A stretch of 64,000 nt of DNA. It comes from a bacterium. GTDB taxonomy: Bacteria > UBA8248. The stretch is from assembly GCA_965213625.1 (NCBI GenBank), contig CBDBZU010000004.1, forward strand, positions 1,504,001 through 1,568,000, given 5' to 3'. Position numbers and translations under genes: made by a program. Under the pieces are notes generated by a model. It searched no databases, was not told the DNA's origin, and saw nothing but the letters and a program-made list of their open reading frames with translations. This document shows, one piece after another, positions 10,246 to 19,987 of this stretch; position 1 is the stretch's first letter, and each line of letters starts with the position of its first letter.

Positions 10246-11457
10246 TTATTTTCGGGAAACCTCGGAGCCTGAGGCAATGACGACCTTGGATTCGATGAGT
10301 TTGTGGATTTGCTCATCCGAATAAAGAAGTAGCTCGCGTAGTAAGCCCTCGGTATCTCCCCCGTGAAGGGGTGCAGGTTCTGGATCGGGGTTTCCGTTTT
10401 CTGTGCGGTTTAGGATGGGGTTCCCCACGATTTTTACCGTTCCAATTTCGGGATATTCATATTCGCGAATCAGACGCCTCGCCTCGACCTGCTCGTTGTC
10501 GAGTGCACGGTTGAGTGGATTCACAGGTGCCGAGGGGACGCCTGCCGACTCGAAGAGTTCAATCCATTCCTCGCCCGAGCGAGTCATCAGAATTTCTTCC
10601 ATGATGGGGAGGAGGACGTCCCTGTTCTCGGAGCGCAGGTCGTTCGTTCGAAAGCGCGGATCGTCCGCTAGTTCGTCCATGCCCATGACCTCGCACATTT
10701 TTTTCCAGAATCGTTCCTCGCGCGGGGAGAGCACGATGTAAATCGTGGCCGTCGGAAACGCCTGGTAGGGCACCATGTACTCATGGGCGCTGCCGGGCGG
10801 CTCTGGTATGTCGCCGTTGTTGAGATACATGGTCGATATATAGCCTAGCATGGCGAGTTGAACGTCGAACATGGGCACTTCCAGATGAGCTCCGCTTCTT
10901 CCTTTTGCTTTGGCCAATAGGCCCGCCATGCAGGCGATGGCGGTGTAGAGTGCGGTGGAGATATCCGCCGTGGGTGAGCCGTTTCTGGCGGGCGGGCGGT
11001 TCGGCTCGCCCGTGATGGACATGTGGCCGCTCACTGCCTGTTCGACAAGATCGAAGGCGGGTTTGTCGCGCCAGGGGCCTTTGTCTCCGTATCCGCTCGA
11101 ATCGACGAACACGATGTCGGGGTTTCTCGCTTTCATCACGTCGAACCCAAGACCCAGTCGCTCCATCGTGCCGGGCCGGAAATTCACCATCACGGCGTCT
11201 GATTTTTCCACCAGATCCAAAAACACTTCCTTGCCTGCGGGTTTTTTCAGGTCGATGACGATGCCTTTCTTGCCCCGGTTGAAGGTGAGAAAAATGCTCG
11301 AAACGGGGCCGATGCCCGCAATGGCGGGGTTGCGCCCGATGTCGCCCTGGGGAGATTCGACCTTGATGACCTCGGCGCCCATGTCGGCGAGAATCATGCT
11401 GCCGATGGTACCTGCGATAACCTGTCCTAGATCGAGAATTCTGTAGCCTTCAAGCAT
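10246..11457 (-). CDS. CaiB/BaiF family (class III) CoA-transferase
   Basis: LEGYRILDL, LADMGAEVIKVE, NRGKK, NFRPG; likely start at MLEG, 11457. Confidence 0.9.
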   Translation of the reverse strand: MLEGYRILDLGQVIAGTIGSMILADMGAEVIKVESPQGDIGRNPAIAGIGPVSSIFLTFNRGKKGIVIDLKKPAGKEVFLDLVEKSDAVMVNFRPGTMERLGLGFDVMKARNPDIVFVDSSGYGDKGPWRDKPAFDLVEQAVSGHMSITGEPNRPPARNGSPTADISTALYTAIACMAGLLAKAKGRSGAHLEVPMFDVQLAMLGYISTMYLNNGDIPEPPGSAHEYMVPYQAFPTATIYIVLSPREERFWKKMCEVMGMDELADDPRFRTNDLRSENRDVLLPIMEEILMTRSGEEWIELFESAGVPSAPVNPLNRALDNEQVEARRLIREYEYPEIGTVKIVGNPILNRTENGNPDPEPAPLHGGDTEGLLRELLLYSDEQIHKLIESKVVIASGSEVSRK

Positions 11458-11473
11458 TTGGAATATCCTGAAA

Positions 11474-11917
11474 TCAGCTCTTGGGAGTGGCGGTTGCTGT
11501 CGCCTTGATGAGTACATCGCCGCGCTGATTCTCGGCGCTCGCCTCGATTTCCACGAACTGTTGCTCCGCCTCTTCATATTGACGAATAACCTTGGCCTTG
11601 CAAATCACCATGTCGCCCGGCCATGCCTGCGCGCTGAAGCGTATTTTCAAGTTCTTGAACGAATCCGGCCCCAGCCATTCACTCAACAAGCGGGCGAGAT
11701 ATCCGCCCTGGAGCATCCCGTGCGCGAAGGGTTTGTCGAATCCCGCCCGGATGGCGTAAATCTCATCGTGATGGTTGGGGTTGAAATCTCCGCTCGCACC
11801 CGCGTAGCGTACCAGGTCCGTCCGGGTGATGGGACCTACCGTCAGTTCACGCTCTGTACCCTCAGTGAGTTCTTCCCATTTCGCGTATTCAAAACTCGTT
11901 GTCATGTAATGCTCCAT
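11474..11917 (-). CDS. MaoC-like hot-dog dehydratase (catalytic subunit)
   Basis: YAGASGDFNPNH and AHGML hydratase motif. Confidence 0.88.
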   Translation of the reverse strand: MEHYMTTSFEYAKWEELTEGTERELTVGPITRTDLVRYAGASGDFNPNHHDEIYAIRAGFDKPFAHGMLQGGYLARLLSEWLGPDSFKNLKIRFSAQAWPGDMVICKAKVIRQYEEAEQQFVEIEASAENQRGDVLIKATATATPKS

Positions 11918-12384
11918 CAGGCCTCTTTGGGTGGGGCCGCGGTTTCGATGAGGGTGCGCCGCGTCACCTGAACCAACTCGCCCGCCTCGTCCACGAATCT
12001 GGTTTCGATGACGACGAAGGTCATCATCCCGCCCCGGCGACCTTCTTTTTCACGAGTTGAGACGATGGCGTTTCTTCCCTTCAAATTCATGCCGGCTACC
12101 AGGGGCTTGTGATATTCGAATTCCTGTTCTCCGTGAAGACGGCGCTTGGGGTCGTAGCCCAGATGCGGCATGGGGTCGTTCTCGGGATTTTCGTGCCAGA
12201 ACTGGCGCACGAACGTGAGCGGAGCGAGTAGATCAGCAAATCCCGCGGCCTGGGCTGCTTCTACATCCGTGTGCACTGGGTCGGTCAAACCCAGGACGAG
12301 AGCGTATTCCCTGATTTTTCCGCGTTCGACCCGGAATTCGAACTCGGGGAAGGTTCTCTCCAGTACGCTTTTATCCAACGGCAT
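11917..12384 (-). CDS. MaoC N-terminal/FAS1-like dehydratase partner subunit
   Basis: VERGKIREYA, APLTF, LHGEQEFEY; 1-bp overlap with the MaoC gene. Confidence 0.85.
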   Translation of the reverse strand: MPLDKSVLERTFPEFEFRVERGKIREYALVLGLTDPVHTDVEAAQAAGFADLLAPLTFVRQFWHENPENDPMPHLGYDPKRRLHGEQEFEYHKPLVAGMNLKGRNAIVSTREKEGRRGGMMTFVVIETRFVDEAGELVQVTRRTLIETAAPPKEA

Positions 12385-12471
12385 GTAATCGGTCCTTCAT
12401 CAATATCACTTCACCTAACGGGTAGCCTTCAGTTTCGGTTCTTTTGGGTAAATCATCAAGCGAGCGGAGGG

Positions 12472-13629
12472 TTAAAGCCCCAGCGCCTTGGCGATGATGT
12501 TTCTCTGCACCTCACTCGTGCCCGCGCCGATTGTGGCCAGACGCGCGTCGCGGTAGTGGCGCTCCATTGCGTATTCTCCGCTGTAGCCGTAGCCGCCCAT
12601 CACCTGAACGCCTAAGTCGGCCACCTGCTTATAGGCCTCTCCGGCATAGAGCTTGAGCGTCGCCGCCTCGATGCGCCCCGCTTTTCCCTGCGAGACCAGC
12701 CACGCGAATCGGTAAACTTGCAGCCTCGCCGTGTCGACGAGCATGTGCATCTCGGTGAGCATGTGGCTGACAGCTTGGAATTTACCGATGGGGCGGCCGA
12801 ATTGTTTTCTCTCCTTCGCGTGGTTCAAGGCTAAATCGAGGGCCGCCGCCGCCGCTCCCGTACGCGCTGCGGACAGGCACAAACGCTCGGTGGTGATGTA
12901 TGCCATCAGACCCTGCCAGCCGTCCCCCACTTCTCCCAGAACATCGGCCTCGCTCGCCTCGACGGCGTCATAATGCGCCACGCAGGTTCCCATCGCCCGG
13001 TGACCGAGCAAATCGAGCTTCGACCAGGTGACGCCCTCGGCGTCGGCTGGGATGATGAAATTCGTGATGCCCTCGTGTTTTGCTCCCGAGTTGTCCGTGC
13101 GCGCGGCGACAAGGATGTGCGTAGCCGTCGGCATGCCGGAGGTGAAGTTTTTGGTGCCCGTGAGACGAAAGCGGTCTTCTTCGCGATCCGCGCGGGCGAT
13201 GATGGCTGCTGCGTCTGAGCCGGCGTCCGGTTCGGTGAGGCTGAACGCGAAATACTTCTCCCCCTGAATAGTGGCGGGGATGAAATCTTTTTTCTGCGCA
13301 TCCGTTCCGCTGACGAGGAGGGCGTCCACACCGTAGCAGACGTTTCTGAAGATCATGGTGGCGAGGTCCAGGTAGTGCATGCCTGCCGTTTCCAGCACGA
13401 GTGCCAGATCGAGCGCATCGCCCCCCATGCCGCCGTATTCCTCAGGCGTGGATACGCCTATCCAACCATCATCGGCCAGAGCCTTGTAAGCCTCGACGGG
13501 AGCTTCGCCCTTCTTGTCGCATTCCATTGCGTAATCAGGCGGGCATACTCTCTCGAGAAGCTCATGCAGCGTGCGGCGCATGAGTTCCTGTCGCTCGTTG
13601 AAGGCGAAATCCAAAGCGGTAAACCTCAA
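12472..13629 (-). CDS. acyl-CoA dehydrogenase
   Basis: LTEPDAGSD, RKQFGRPIGKFQ, GGYGY, ERHYRDAR, GTSEVQR. Confidence 0.93.
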   Translation of the reverse strand: MRFTALDFAFNERQELMRRTLHELLERVCPPDYAMECDKKGEAPVEAYKALADDGWIGVSTPEEYGGMGGDALDLALVLETAGMHYLDLATMIFRNVCYGVDALLVSGTDAQKKDFIPATIQGEKYFAFSLTEPDAGSDAAAIIARADREEDRFRLTGTKNFTSGMPTATHILVAARTDNSGAKHEGITNFIIPADAEGVTWSKLDLLGHRAMGTCVAHYDAVEASEADVLGEVGDGWQGLMAYITTERLCLSAARTGAAAAALDLALNHAKERKQFGRPIGKFQAVSHMLTEMHMLVDTARLQVYRFAWLVSQGKAGRIEAATLKLYAGEAYKQVADLGVQVMGGYGYSGEYAMERHYRDARLATIGAGTSEVQRNIIAKALGL

Positions 13630-13720
13630 TCGTTAAGGGGTTGTCATGTTTCCGGGGGGCGATTGAACACCGCCGCGCGCAAAAAATCAAGCCGGATGTG
13701 CGATCTGCTCGGCATAGCCC

Positions 13721-14689
13721 TCAATCCAGGACTTCTGGGTTGTGGATGTTTATCGGCTCCCCGTCGGCGAAGGCGTTGATTTGATCGAAGGCGATACCGA
13801 AATATCTCTCGAACGTGCCTCGCGTGACGTAGCCCAGATGCGGCGTGCAAGTCGCGTTCTCCATGCTGATGAGCGGGTGTCCGGCTCCTTGAACCGGTTC
13901 TCGCTCATACACGTCCACGGCGGCGAAGCCGGGCCTTCCCGCCTTGAGCGCGGCCTCGAGAGCGCCTTCTTCTATCAGCCCGGCGCGGCTGGTGTTCACC
14001 AAGAGGGCGCTCGGTTTCATCAGGCTCAAATCCTTTGCAGTCACGATGCCCCTCGTCTGGGGAATCAGGCGAATATGGAGGCTCACCATATCGGACTCCG
14101 CGAAGAGCGCCTCTTTGCTGGACGCCATCGGGACGCCGTCCGCCCGGGCGCGCTCGGCGGAACCCTCTCTCCCGTAGGTGATAACGTCCATACCGAACGC
14201 TTTTCCCACGGCGGCCACCTGGCTGCCGATGTTGCCGTAGGAATACACGCCAAGCGTTTTGCCGAATAAGTCCTCGCCCAGCGTAGTCTGCCAGCCGCCA
14301 TTCTCCAGGTTTTTGATTTCCTGAGGGATGGAGCGCATGGCGCAGTGGATGAGGCCCCAGGTGAGTTCACACGTGGAGTGCGTGCCGGTCCCCCCTGCGG
14401 CCACGGCCACTTTGTGGCGAGTGCAGGCTTCCAGGTCGACGTGTCCGCCGAAGCCTGCTCCCGTCTGGCTCACGATTTTGAGATTGGGGAGTTTGGCGAG
14501 CAATTCATCCGTAATGTGGGTGCGCTCCCTGATCAGGACGATGGCTTCTGCATCCCGGAGCCGTTCAGCAAGGGCGTCGATGTTGTCCAGCGTATCGTTG
14601 TGGATAGTCACGTCGTGGCCACCCATTTTTGAGAAACACTCGAGGTGGCGGATGCAGTCTTGGTAATCATCTGAAATCACGACTTTCAT
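13721..14689 (-). CDS. D-2-hydroxyacid dehydrogenase family protein
   Basis: YGNIG, LVNTSRAGL, DVYEREP, TPHLGY. Confidence 0.9.
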   Translation of the reverse strand: MKVVISDDYQDCIRHLECFSKMGGHDVTIHNDTLDNIDALAERLRDAEAIVLIRERTHITDELLAKLPNLKIVSQTGAGFGGHVDLEACTRHKVAVAAGGTGTHSTCELTWGLIHCAMRSIPQEIKNLENGGWQTTLGEDLFGKTLGVYSYGNIGSQVAAVGKAFGMDVITYGREGSAERARADGVPMASSKEALFAESDMVSLHIRLIPQTRGIVTAKDLSLMKPSALLVNTSRAGLIEEGALEAALKAGRPGFAAVDVYEREPVQGAGHPLISMENATCTPHLGYVTRGTFERYFGIAFDQINAFADGEPINIHNPEVLD

Positions 14690-14821
14690 TCGGTTATCCT
14701 TTCGGAGTTGTTCATCAAGAGCAAGAGTAAAAGATGCGTTTTTTGTCTATCCTCAGTAGATGTATTATTATCCCCCCGGACGGGAATTTCCCCAAGCCGC
14801 TTCGGGATATCAGGAGAGAGA

Positions 14822-15919
14822 ATGGCGACTGCATCGGAGAGAAAAGTACAGCTTACCCGAATGGTAAAGGCGGGCGGGTGAGGCTCGAAACTGGGTCCGG
14901 AGGACCTGCGAGAGGCTTTGAGCCAGTTTGAACCGTTTTCGGATCCCAATCTGCTCTACGGAACGAACGCCGGGGACGACACGGGCGTGTATCGGCTCAG
15001 AGAAGATCTGGCCATCGTCCAGACGGTGGATTTCTTCACGCCCATCGTGGACGACCCATACGCCTATGGCCAGATAGCTGCGGCCAACGCGCTGAGCGAT
15101 TGCTTCACCATGGGTGCGCAACCGATTACCGGGCTGAATCTTGTGGGTTTTCCCTGCCACATCGGTCTGGACGTGCTAGGGAGAATCCTGGCAGGCGGCG
15201 CGGATAAGATGCGCGAGGCGGGTGGCGTCATCGTAGGTGGCCACAGCGTAGACGACGTGGAGCCCAAATATGGCATCGCCGTCACGGGAACGGTCGACCC
15301 CCGGATTATGGTGACGAACCAGGGGGCGAAACCCGGCGACAAGCTTATTTTGACGAAAAAAATCGGTACCGGCGTCGTCACCAACGTGACGAAGCAGGTG
15401 AACCCGGTGATCAAGGCAGCGCGCGGTATTTTCGGAAAGAACGGAAACCTTCGAGACGGTGTGTTCGAAGAGGCGGTAGAGTCGATGAAGACTCTGAACA
15501 AAATTTCGAGCGAGTGCATGATGCGCGTAGGCGTGAACGCCTGTACGGACGTGACCGGCTTCGGCCTACTGGGCCATCTGCACAATGTGATGGAGGCCAG
15601 CGGCGCGCGGGCGCGCGTCGTTTTTTCCGATGTGCCCCGGTTCGATGACTTGCTTCCCCACGCCATCGCGGGTACCGCAGGAGGGGGCGATCGCAATCGC
15701 CAATGGACAAAGCCGTTCGTCGAGCCGAAACCGGGCGTCGATGAGGAGATGCTCGCCTTGCTCAACGATGCGCAAACCTCCGGCGGACTCGTCATCTCGG
15801 TGGAAGCGGACAAGGCGGGAGCCTTGTTGGGCGAACTGCACGGAGGAGGTGTGGCTCCCGCCGCCGTTTTCGGCGAGGTGGTGGAAGGCCCGCCCGGGAG
15901 CGTGGAAGTAGAACTATAA
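14822..15919 (+). CDS. selD: selenide,water dikinase (selenophosphate synthetase), selenocysteine-containing
   Basis: ATG at 14822 after AGGAG reads MATASERKVQLTRMVKAGG-UGA-GSKLGPEDL, in frame with ORF 14918..15919 (QTVDFFTP, ANALSD, GGHS, TDVTGFGL, QTSGGL); UGA 14879-14881 is at the catalytic Cys/Sec position. Confidence 0.93.
14884..14912 (+). promoter_or_regulatory. putative bacterial SECIS hairpin of selD
   Basis: upper stem GGTCC/GGACC with a G-led loop 17 nt after the UGA; lower stem CTCG/CGAG. Confidence 0.7.
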
Positions 15920-15949
15920 TTCTTAACTTTAAGCGAGGGAGTGTTGTTT

Positions 15950-16414
15950 ATGGAAAAGGCAATGTTCGGCGCAGGTTGTTTCTGGGGAGTGGAGGCGGCG
16001 TTCCGCAAGGTGGAAGGCGTGGCTTACACCGCTGTGGGGTACTCAGGCGGCGAGAAGGACGAGCCGACCTACCGGGAAGTGTGTACGGGCCGCACAGGAC
16101 ATGCGGAGGTCGTCTATCTGGAGTTCGAACCCGAAAAAGTTTCTTACCAGGAGCTTTTGGATGTGCTGTGGCGCATTCATGACCCGTGTACGCTGAACCG
16201 CCAGGGACCAGACGTGGGCACCCAGTACCGCTCGGCGATCTATTTCTTCTCGCCTGAGCAGAAGGCGGCGGCGCAGGCCTCCAAGCAGGAACAAGAGGAA
16301 TCGGGTCGTCATTGGGGCCCGATTGTGACCGAGATAACTCAAGCGGCAAAATTTTGGATGGGCGAGGACTATCACCAGCAGTATGCCGAAAAGAACGGAA
16401 TTATCTGTCACTAG
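15950..16414 (+). CDS. msrA: peptide methionine sulfoxide reductase A
   Basis: GCFWG, GHAEVV, RQGPDVGTQYRS, EDYHQQY. Confidence 0.95.
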   Translation: MEKAMFGAGCFWGVEAAFRKVEGVAYTAVGYSGGEKDEPTYREVCTGRTGHAEVVYLEFEPEKVSYQELLDVLWRIHDPCTLNRQGPDVGTQYRSAIYFFSPEQKAAAQASKQEQEESGRHWGPIVTEITQAAKFWMGEDYHQQYAEKNGIICH

Positions 16415-16429
16415 CCGCATCCGAATGGT

Positions 16430-16470
16430 AAAGGCCCCCGGCGGGTTGAAACCACCGGGGGCTTTTCTTT
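16430..16470. terminator. probable bidirectional intrinsic terminator
   Basis: AAAGGCCCCCGG...CCGGGGGCTTTTCTTT between convergent genes. Confidence 0.8.
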
Positions 16471-16475
16471 TGCTC

Positions 16476-17315
16476 TTAGCCGTATTGCGCCACGACTTCG
16501 GTCAACTCGTCGAGTATCGGCAAGACGACGTCGGCCTCCGCCGATGGCAGGATGAAAATGCTCCTCCCCACTCCATTGCTCTCAAGAGCGCGAAGCTTGT
16601 CTACGTCAGGAGGTGCGAAGAAAATACTGACGGGAATGGGCGCACGCCCCGCCTTGGCGGCCATATCCTGAAGTTCCCGGATTCGCGGTGAGAGGTCCAT
16701 ATCCCCTCGCGGCAGCGGCATCCACTCATCTCCGTAGCGAACCACGCGCTCGAGCGTTCTCGCGCCGTTTCCACCCACGATTATCGGCGGGTGAGGCTTC
16801 TGGACTGGCTTGGGCCAGGACCAGATGCGCTCGAAATCCACGAAATCACCATGGTAGCTTGCCTCATCCTCCGTCCAGATGGCTTTCATGGCCTCGATGC
16901 GCTCGCGCAGGATAATCCACCGCTTCTCGTAGTTCGTTCCGTGGTTTTCCATCTCCTCGCGATTCCACCCGCCGCCGATTCCGAACAGCACGCGACCGTT
17001 CGATATGTGATCGAGCGACGCCACTTCGTTGGCAAGGACGATAGGGTCACGCTCGATGACGAGGCATATTCCCGAGCCCAGCATGATTTTTTCCGTGGCT
17101 GCCGCCGCGGCTCCGAGGCCCACGAAAAGATCGATCGAATGCGAGTATTCAAGCGGGAGTTCCGCGCCGCCGGGCCAGGGAGTTTTTCTGCTCGCCGGAA
17201 TATGGGTGTGCTCCGGGAAGAAAATGGACTCGAAACCCCTGTCTTCCGCTTCTTTGGCGACCCGGTGCGGGGCGATGGAATAATCGGTCGGGAAAATCGC
17301 GACGCCGAATTTCAT
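16476..17315 (-). CDS. LLM class probable F420-dependent oxidoreductase (Rv2161c-like)
   Basis: FPEHTHIP, GGGWNREE, PKPVQKPHPPIIVGG. Confidence 0.85.
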   Translation of the reverse strand: MKFGVAIFPTDYSIAPHRVAKEAEDRGFESIFFPEHTHIPASRKTPWPGGAELPLEYSHSIDLFVGLGAAAAATEKIMLGSGICLVIERDPIVLANEVASLDHISNGRVLFGIGGGWNREEMENHGTNYEKRWIILRERIEAMKAIWTEDEASYHGDFVDFERIWSWPKPVQKPHPPIIVGGNGARTLERVVRYGDEWMPLPRGDMDLSPRIRELQDMAAKAGRAPIPVSIFFAPPDVDKLRALESNGVGRSIFILPSAEADVVLPILDELTEVVAQYG

Positions 17316-17361
17316 GTTGTGTTCTCCTGGTTCGTGGTGATGAATGATTCGCCGATAATTT

Positions 17362-18684
17362 CTACCTCATGCCCAGGGGGTTTGGTTTTTGGCCCTCGGG
17401 GATGAGGGGGTCGTAGGTAAAGCCTCTCGTTTTCTCTTCGAACTCCTCTCGCACCTGCTTCAACACGTTCTCATTGCTGATGAGTTCGAGGGCGGTGCAC
17501 GCCATGGTCTTGGCGGATGTCATCATGCCTTTCTCTCCGATTTCCATCCCGTATTGCTGGGTGGCAAGCCATGAATGCCCGGGTGTTCCGGGCGCGTGAC
17601 AGGTCGTCATGAGATTGCCCAGGGGCGTGAGCCAGCTCACGTTGCCGCGCTCGTTGCTCGGGCGGATGTCCGCCGGGTCGAGGGGAGAGACTTCCTCCGA
17701 GAGGGGTGTTTCGTAGCCCAGTTTCCGGGCGAATTCCTTGGCCTCGTCGGTATATGTATGCGCGCCTACGAATTCGAGGTTTCGCTGCACACAATTGGCG
17801 AGAGCGTTGTTGGGGAGATTCTCGTATACGGCGGTGAGGAGGGTTTCCTTCATCGTGGTGCCGGACGCCAACGCGCCTGCTTTCGCGCAATTTCGCACGC
17901 GCTCGCTCAGTTCGTTGACCATCGCCCGTTTGGGCGCCCGCACGTAGTACCACACGCGTGAATAGGAGGGCACGACGTTGGGAGCCACTCCGCCGTCGGT
18001 GATCACATAGTGAATCTTGACCGGCTCGATGACGTGCTCGCGCATCATGTTGACGCCGTAGTTCATGATTTCCACGCCGTCCAGCGCGCTTCTGCCGTTC
18101 CACGGGTCGCGGGCCGAGTGGGCGGTTTCGCCATAAAACTCAAAGACGATGGAATCCATGGCGTTCGTGCTGCCGCCCCGTGTGAAGCTCTGATCCCCGG
18201 GGTGCCAGGTGACGGCGGCGTCGAGGCCGTCGAACGCGCCGTCGCGCGCCATGTATACCTTGCCCTCCAGGGTCTCTTCCGCCGGGCAGCCATAGCAGAC
18301 GACCTGGCCCTTCGCTCCCGATTCGCGCAGCGCGCGCGCCGCCGCAATCGCCGCGTAAGCGCTGGCCGTGCCGAAGAGGTTGTGCCCGCAGCCATGGCCT
18401 TGTTTCTCGTGGGAATCGCCGCAGTGGGGGAGCGCGTCGTATTCCCCTAGAATTCCGATGGCGGGGCCGCCCTCGCCCCACTTGGCGATGAAGGCCGTGG
18501 GCAGGTCGCCTACGCCGCGCTGCACCTCGAATCCGTTCTGCTCCAGCACGTCTTCGAGCAGTTCGGCGGACTTGAATTCCTCCAAAGCGATTTCCGCGAA
18601 GTTCCAGATTTCGCGGGCGATTTCGCGCGCTTCGCCCGTTTGGGTGTCCAGATAATCGACGGCTTTTTGTCTGAGATCGTCCAT
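17362..18684 (-). CDS. M20 amidohydrolase (AbgB-like)
   Basis: GEYDALP, HGCGHN, PAEE, WHP, GRSALD; ATG at 18684 after GGAGG. Confidence 0.87.
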   Translation of the reverse strand: MDDLRQKAVDYLDTQTGEAREIAREIWNFAEIALEEFKSAELLEDVLEQNGFEVQRGVGDLPTAFIAKWGEGGPAIGILGEYDALPHCGDSHEKQGHGCGHNLFGTASAYAAIAAARALRESGAKGQVVCYGCPAEETLEGKVYMARDGAFDGLDAAVTWHPGDQSFTRGGSTNAMDSIVFEFYGETAHSARDPWNGRSALDGVEIMNYGVNMMREHVIEPVKIHYVITDGGVAPNVVPSYSRVWYYVRAPKRAMVNELSERVRNCAKAGALASGTTMKETLLTAVYENLPNNALANCVQRNLEFVGAHTYTDEAKEFARKLGYETPLSEEVSPLDPADIRPSNERGNVSWLTPLGNLMTTCHAPGTPGHSWLATQQYGMEIGEKGMMTSAKTMACTALELISNENVLKQVREEFEEKTRGFTYDPLIPEGQKPNPLGMR

Positions 18685-18939
18685 GTCTTCCTCCACATGG
18701 TGATGCGGATACTGTTGATTGGATGGGGCGATTATAGCCGAGGCGGGGCGTTTCGTATACGGGGGTATGGGGGTCGCGCGGCCATGTATGACGCGCGCGC
18801 AGATGCGGGCTGTTGCGGGGAAATGCGCGGGAGGCGATAAACTTTTTTTGCCGCCGGATTTGAGTGGGCATCACTCAGATTATATTGGTATCCTCTATGA
18901 TTACAATCAGTTGCGAGGCAGACGGCTTTCAGTAATTTA

Positions 18940-19461
18940 TCGAATAACCCCGTGAATTTATCTAATTTTACGGGAAATAGGATTATTTTCATTTCTCCGC
19001 CTCTCTTGCATCCATGAGCGCGGCGCCTCTCCCGGCGAGCGACGAACTCGCCCGTGGCGCCATGTGCGGGCGGTGAAGAAACAGCCGCCTTCGCTCCCGG
19101 TCCGTGGTTCGAATCCATGAAAACCCCCGCATCCTTTCGTTTCGGTTCCACCGGGTGTGCGTGAAACTGTTTCTCCGCGCAGCGCGCACGATAACGCGGC
19201 GCCGCTTTCCGGCTCTTGCGGCAAATGCGGGGAATTGCGGCCCGCATTCGGGAGGCGTGATTCCGGTCCGTGGGGGACAACCCCTCACGTGTCCGTCCCA
19301 GGGGCCGCGGCCTGTCCGGGACTATGAGGCGTATGCGAGGGGGCGCAGGGGCGGACCAAGTCCCTTGAAGAATCGGTGGATAAGTACGAATAAAACCACT
19401 CTTATCTCGACTGTTTGTTAAAAATCATATTGGCGAATACTCCCCAAACGGGGTTATTCGA
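18940..19461. mobile_element. MITE-like non-coding element
   Basis: perfect 14-bp inverted repeat TCGAATAACCCCGT (18940-18953) / ACGGGGTTATTCGA (19448-19461); no credible ORF inside. Confidence 0.55.
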
Positions 19462-19711
19462 CAACCCCTCATCAATTGCGACAAACACTCGTTCATCGGA
19501 GCTGTTGAAAAGCCTTTGGCAAGGGAATGAACGCTCCCTCCCTCCTCGGTCGGTAGCCACCTCCCCGGCCGCGTCGTACACTCATTCATCTATCACGCTC
19601 GACACCCCATACGTCAGCCTTCGCACAAAGCGCTCGGCTTTTTTGAGATTCCCTTTCTTCCCGGAAATGGCCCTCAGAGGGGAGTGTTCCCGTGACCCGC
19701 ACGAGAGAAAA

Positions 19712-19943
19712 CGGCTGCGAACGGCGAAGACCGGTAACTGCCTGAGCGAGAAGCCGGCGCTGAGACTCGTGCACCAGCTCGCCATAAGCGCCGAGAAGTG
19801 ATGGCGCCGGCTGCTACGTGGTTTCCGTCATCTGGCCGACGTAATCTCGCTCACGTGAGGTTCATCAATGGTGTGGACGATACAGGAACGGGCAGGAGGG
19901 CAGTTGGATACACGAATGCCATACATCACATTTGACCGTAACT
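19712..19943 (+). pseudogene. IS256-family transposase C-terminal remnant with probable right end
   Basis: RLRTAKTGNCLSEKPALRLVHQLAISAEK*WRRLLRGFRHLADVI resembles IS256 C-termini, with an in-frame stop at 19799; followed by TACATCACATTTGACCGTAACT, which resembles an IS256 terminal repeat. Confidence 0.7.
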
Positions 19944-19987
19944 AAATTTATTGGATATTGTTCGACTACATCAGGGCCAGTCATTGC

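Noticed and set aside
14879-14881. selD as a pseudogene or N-terminally truncated gene
   Set aside because: The stop falls exactly at the catalytic residue and is followed by a SECIS-like hairpin, so it is better read as Sec.
19103-19119. tRNA T-arm-like CGTGGTTCGAATCCATG
   Set aside because: No acceptor stem, D-arm or anticodon arm can be built around it.
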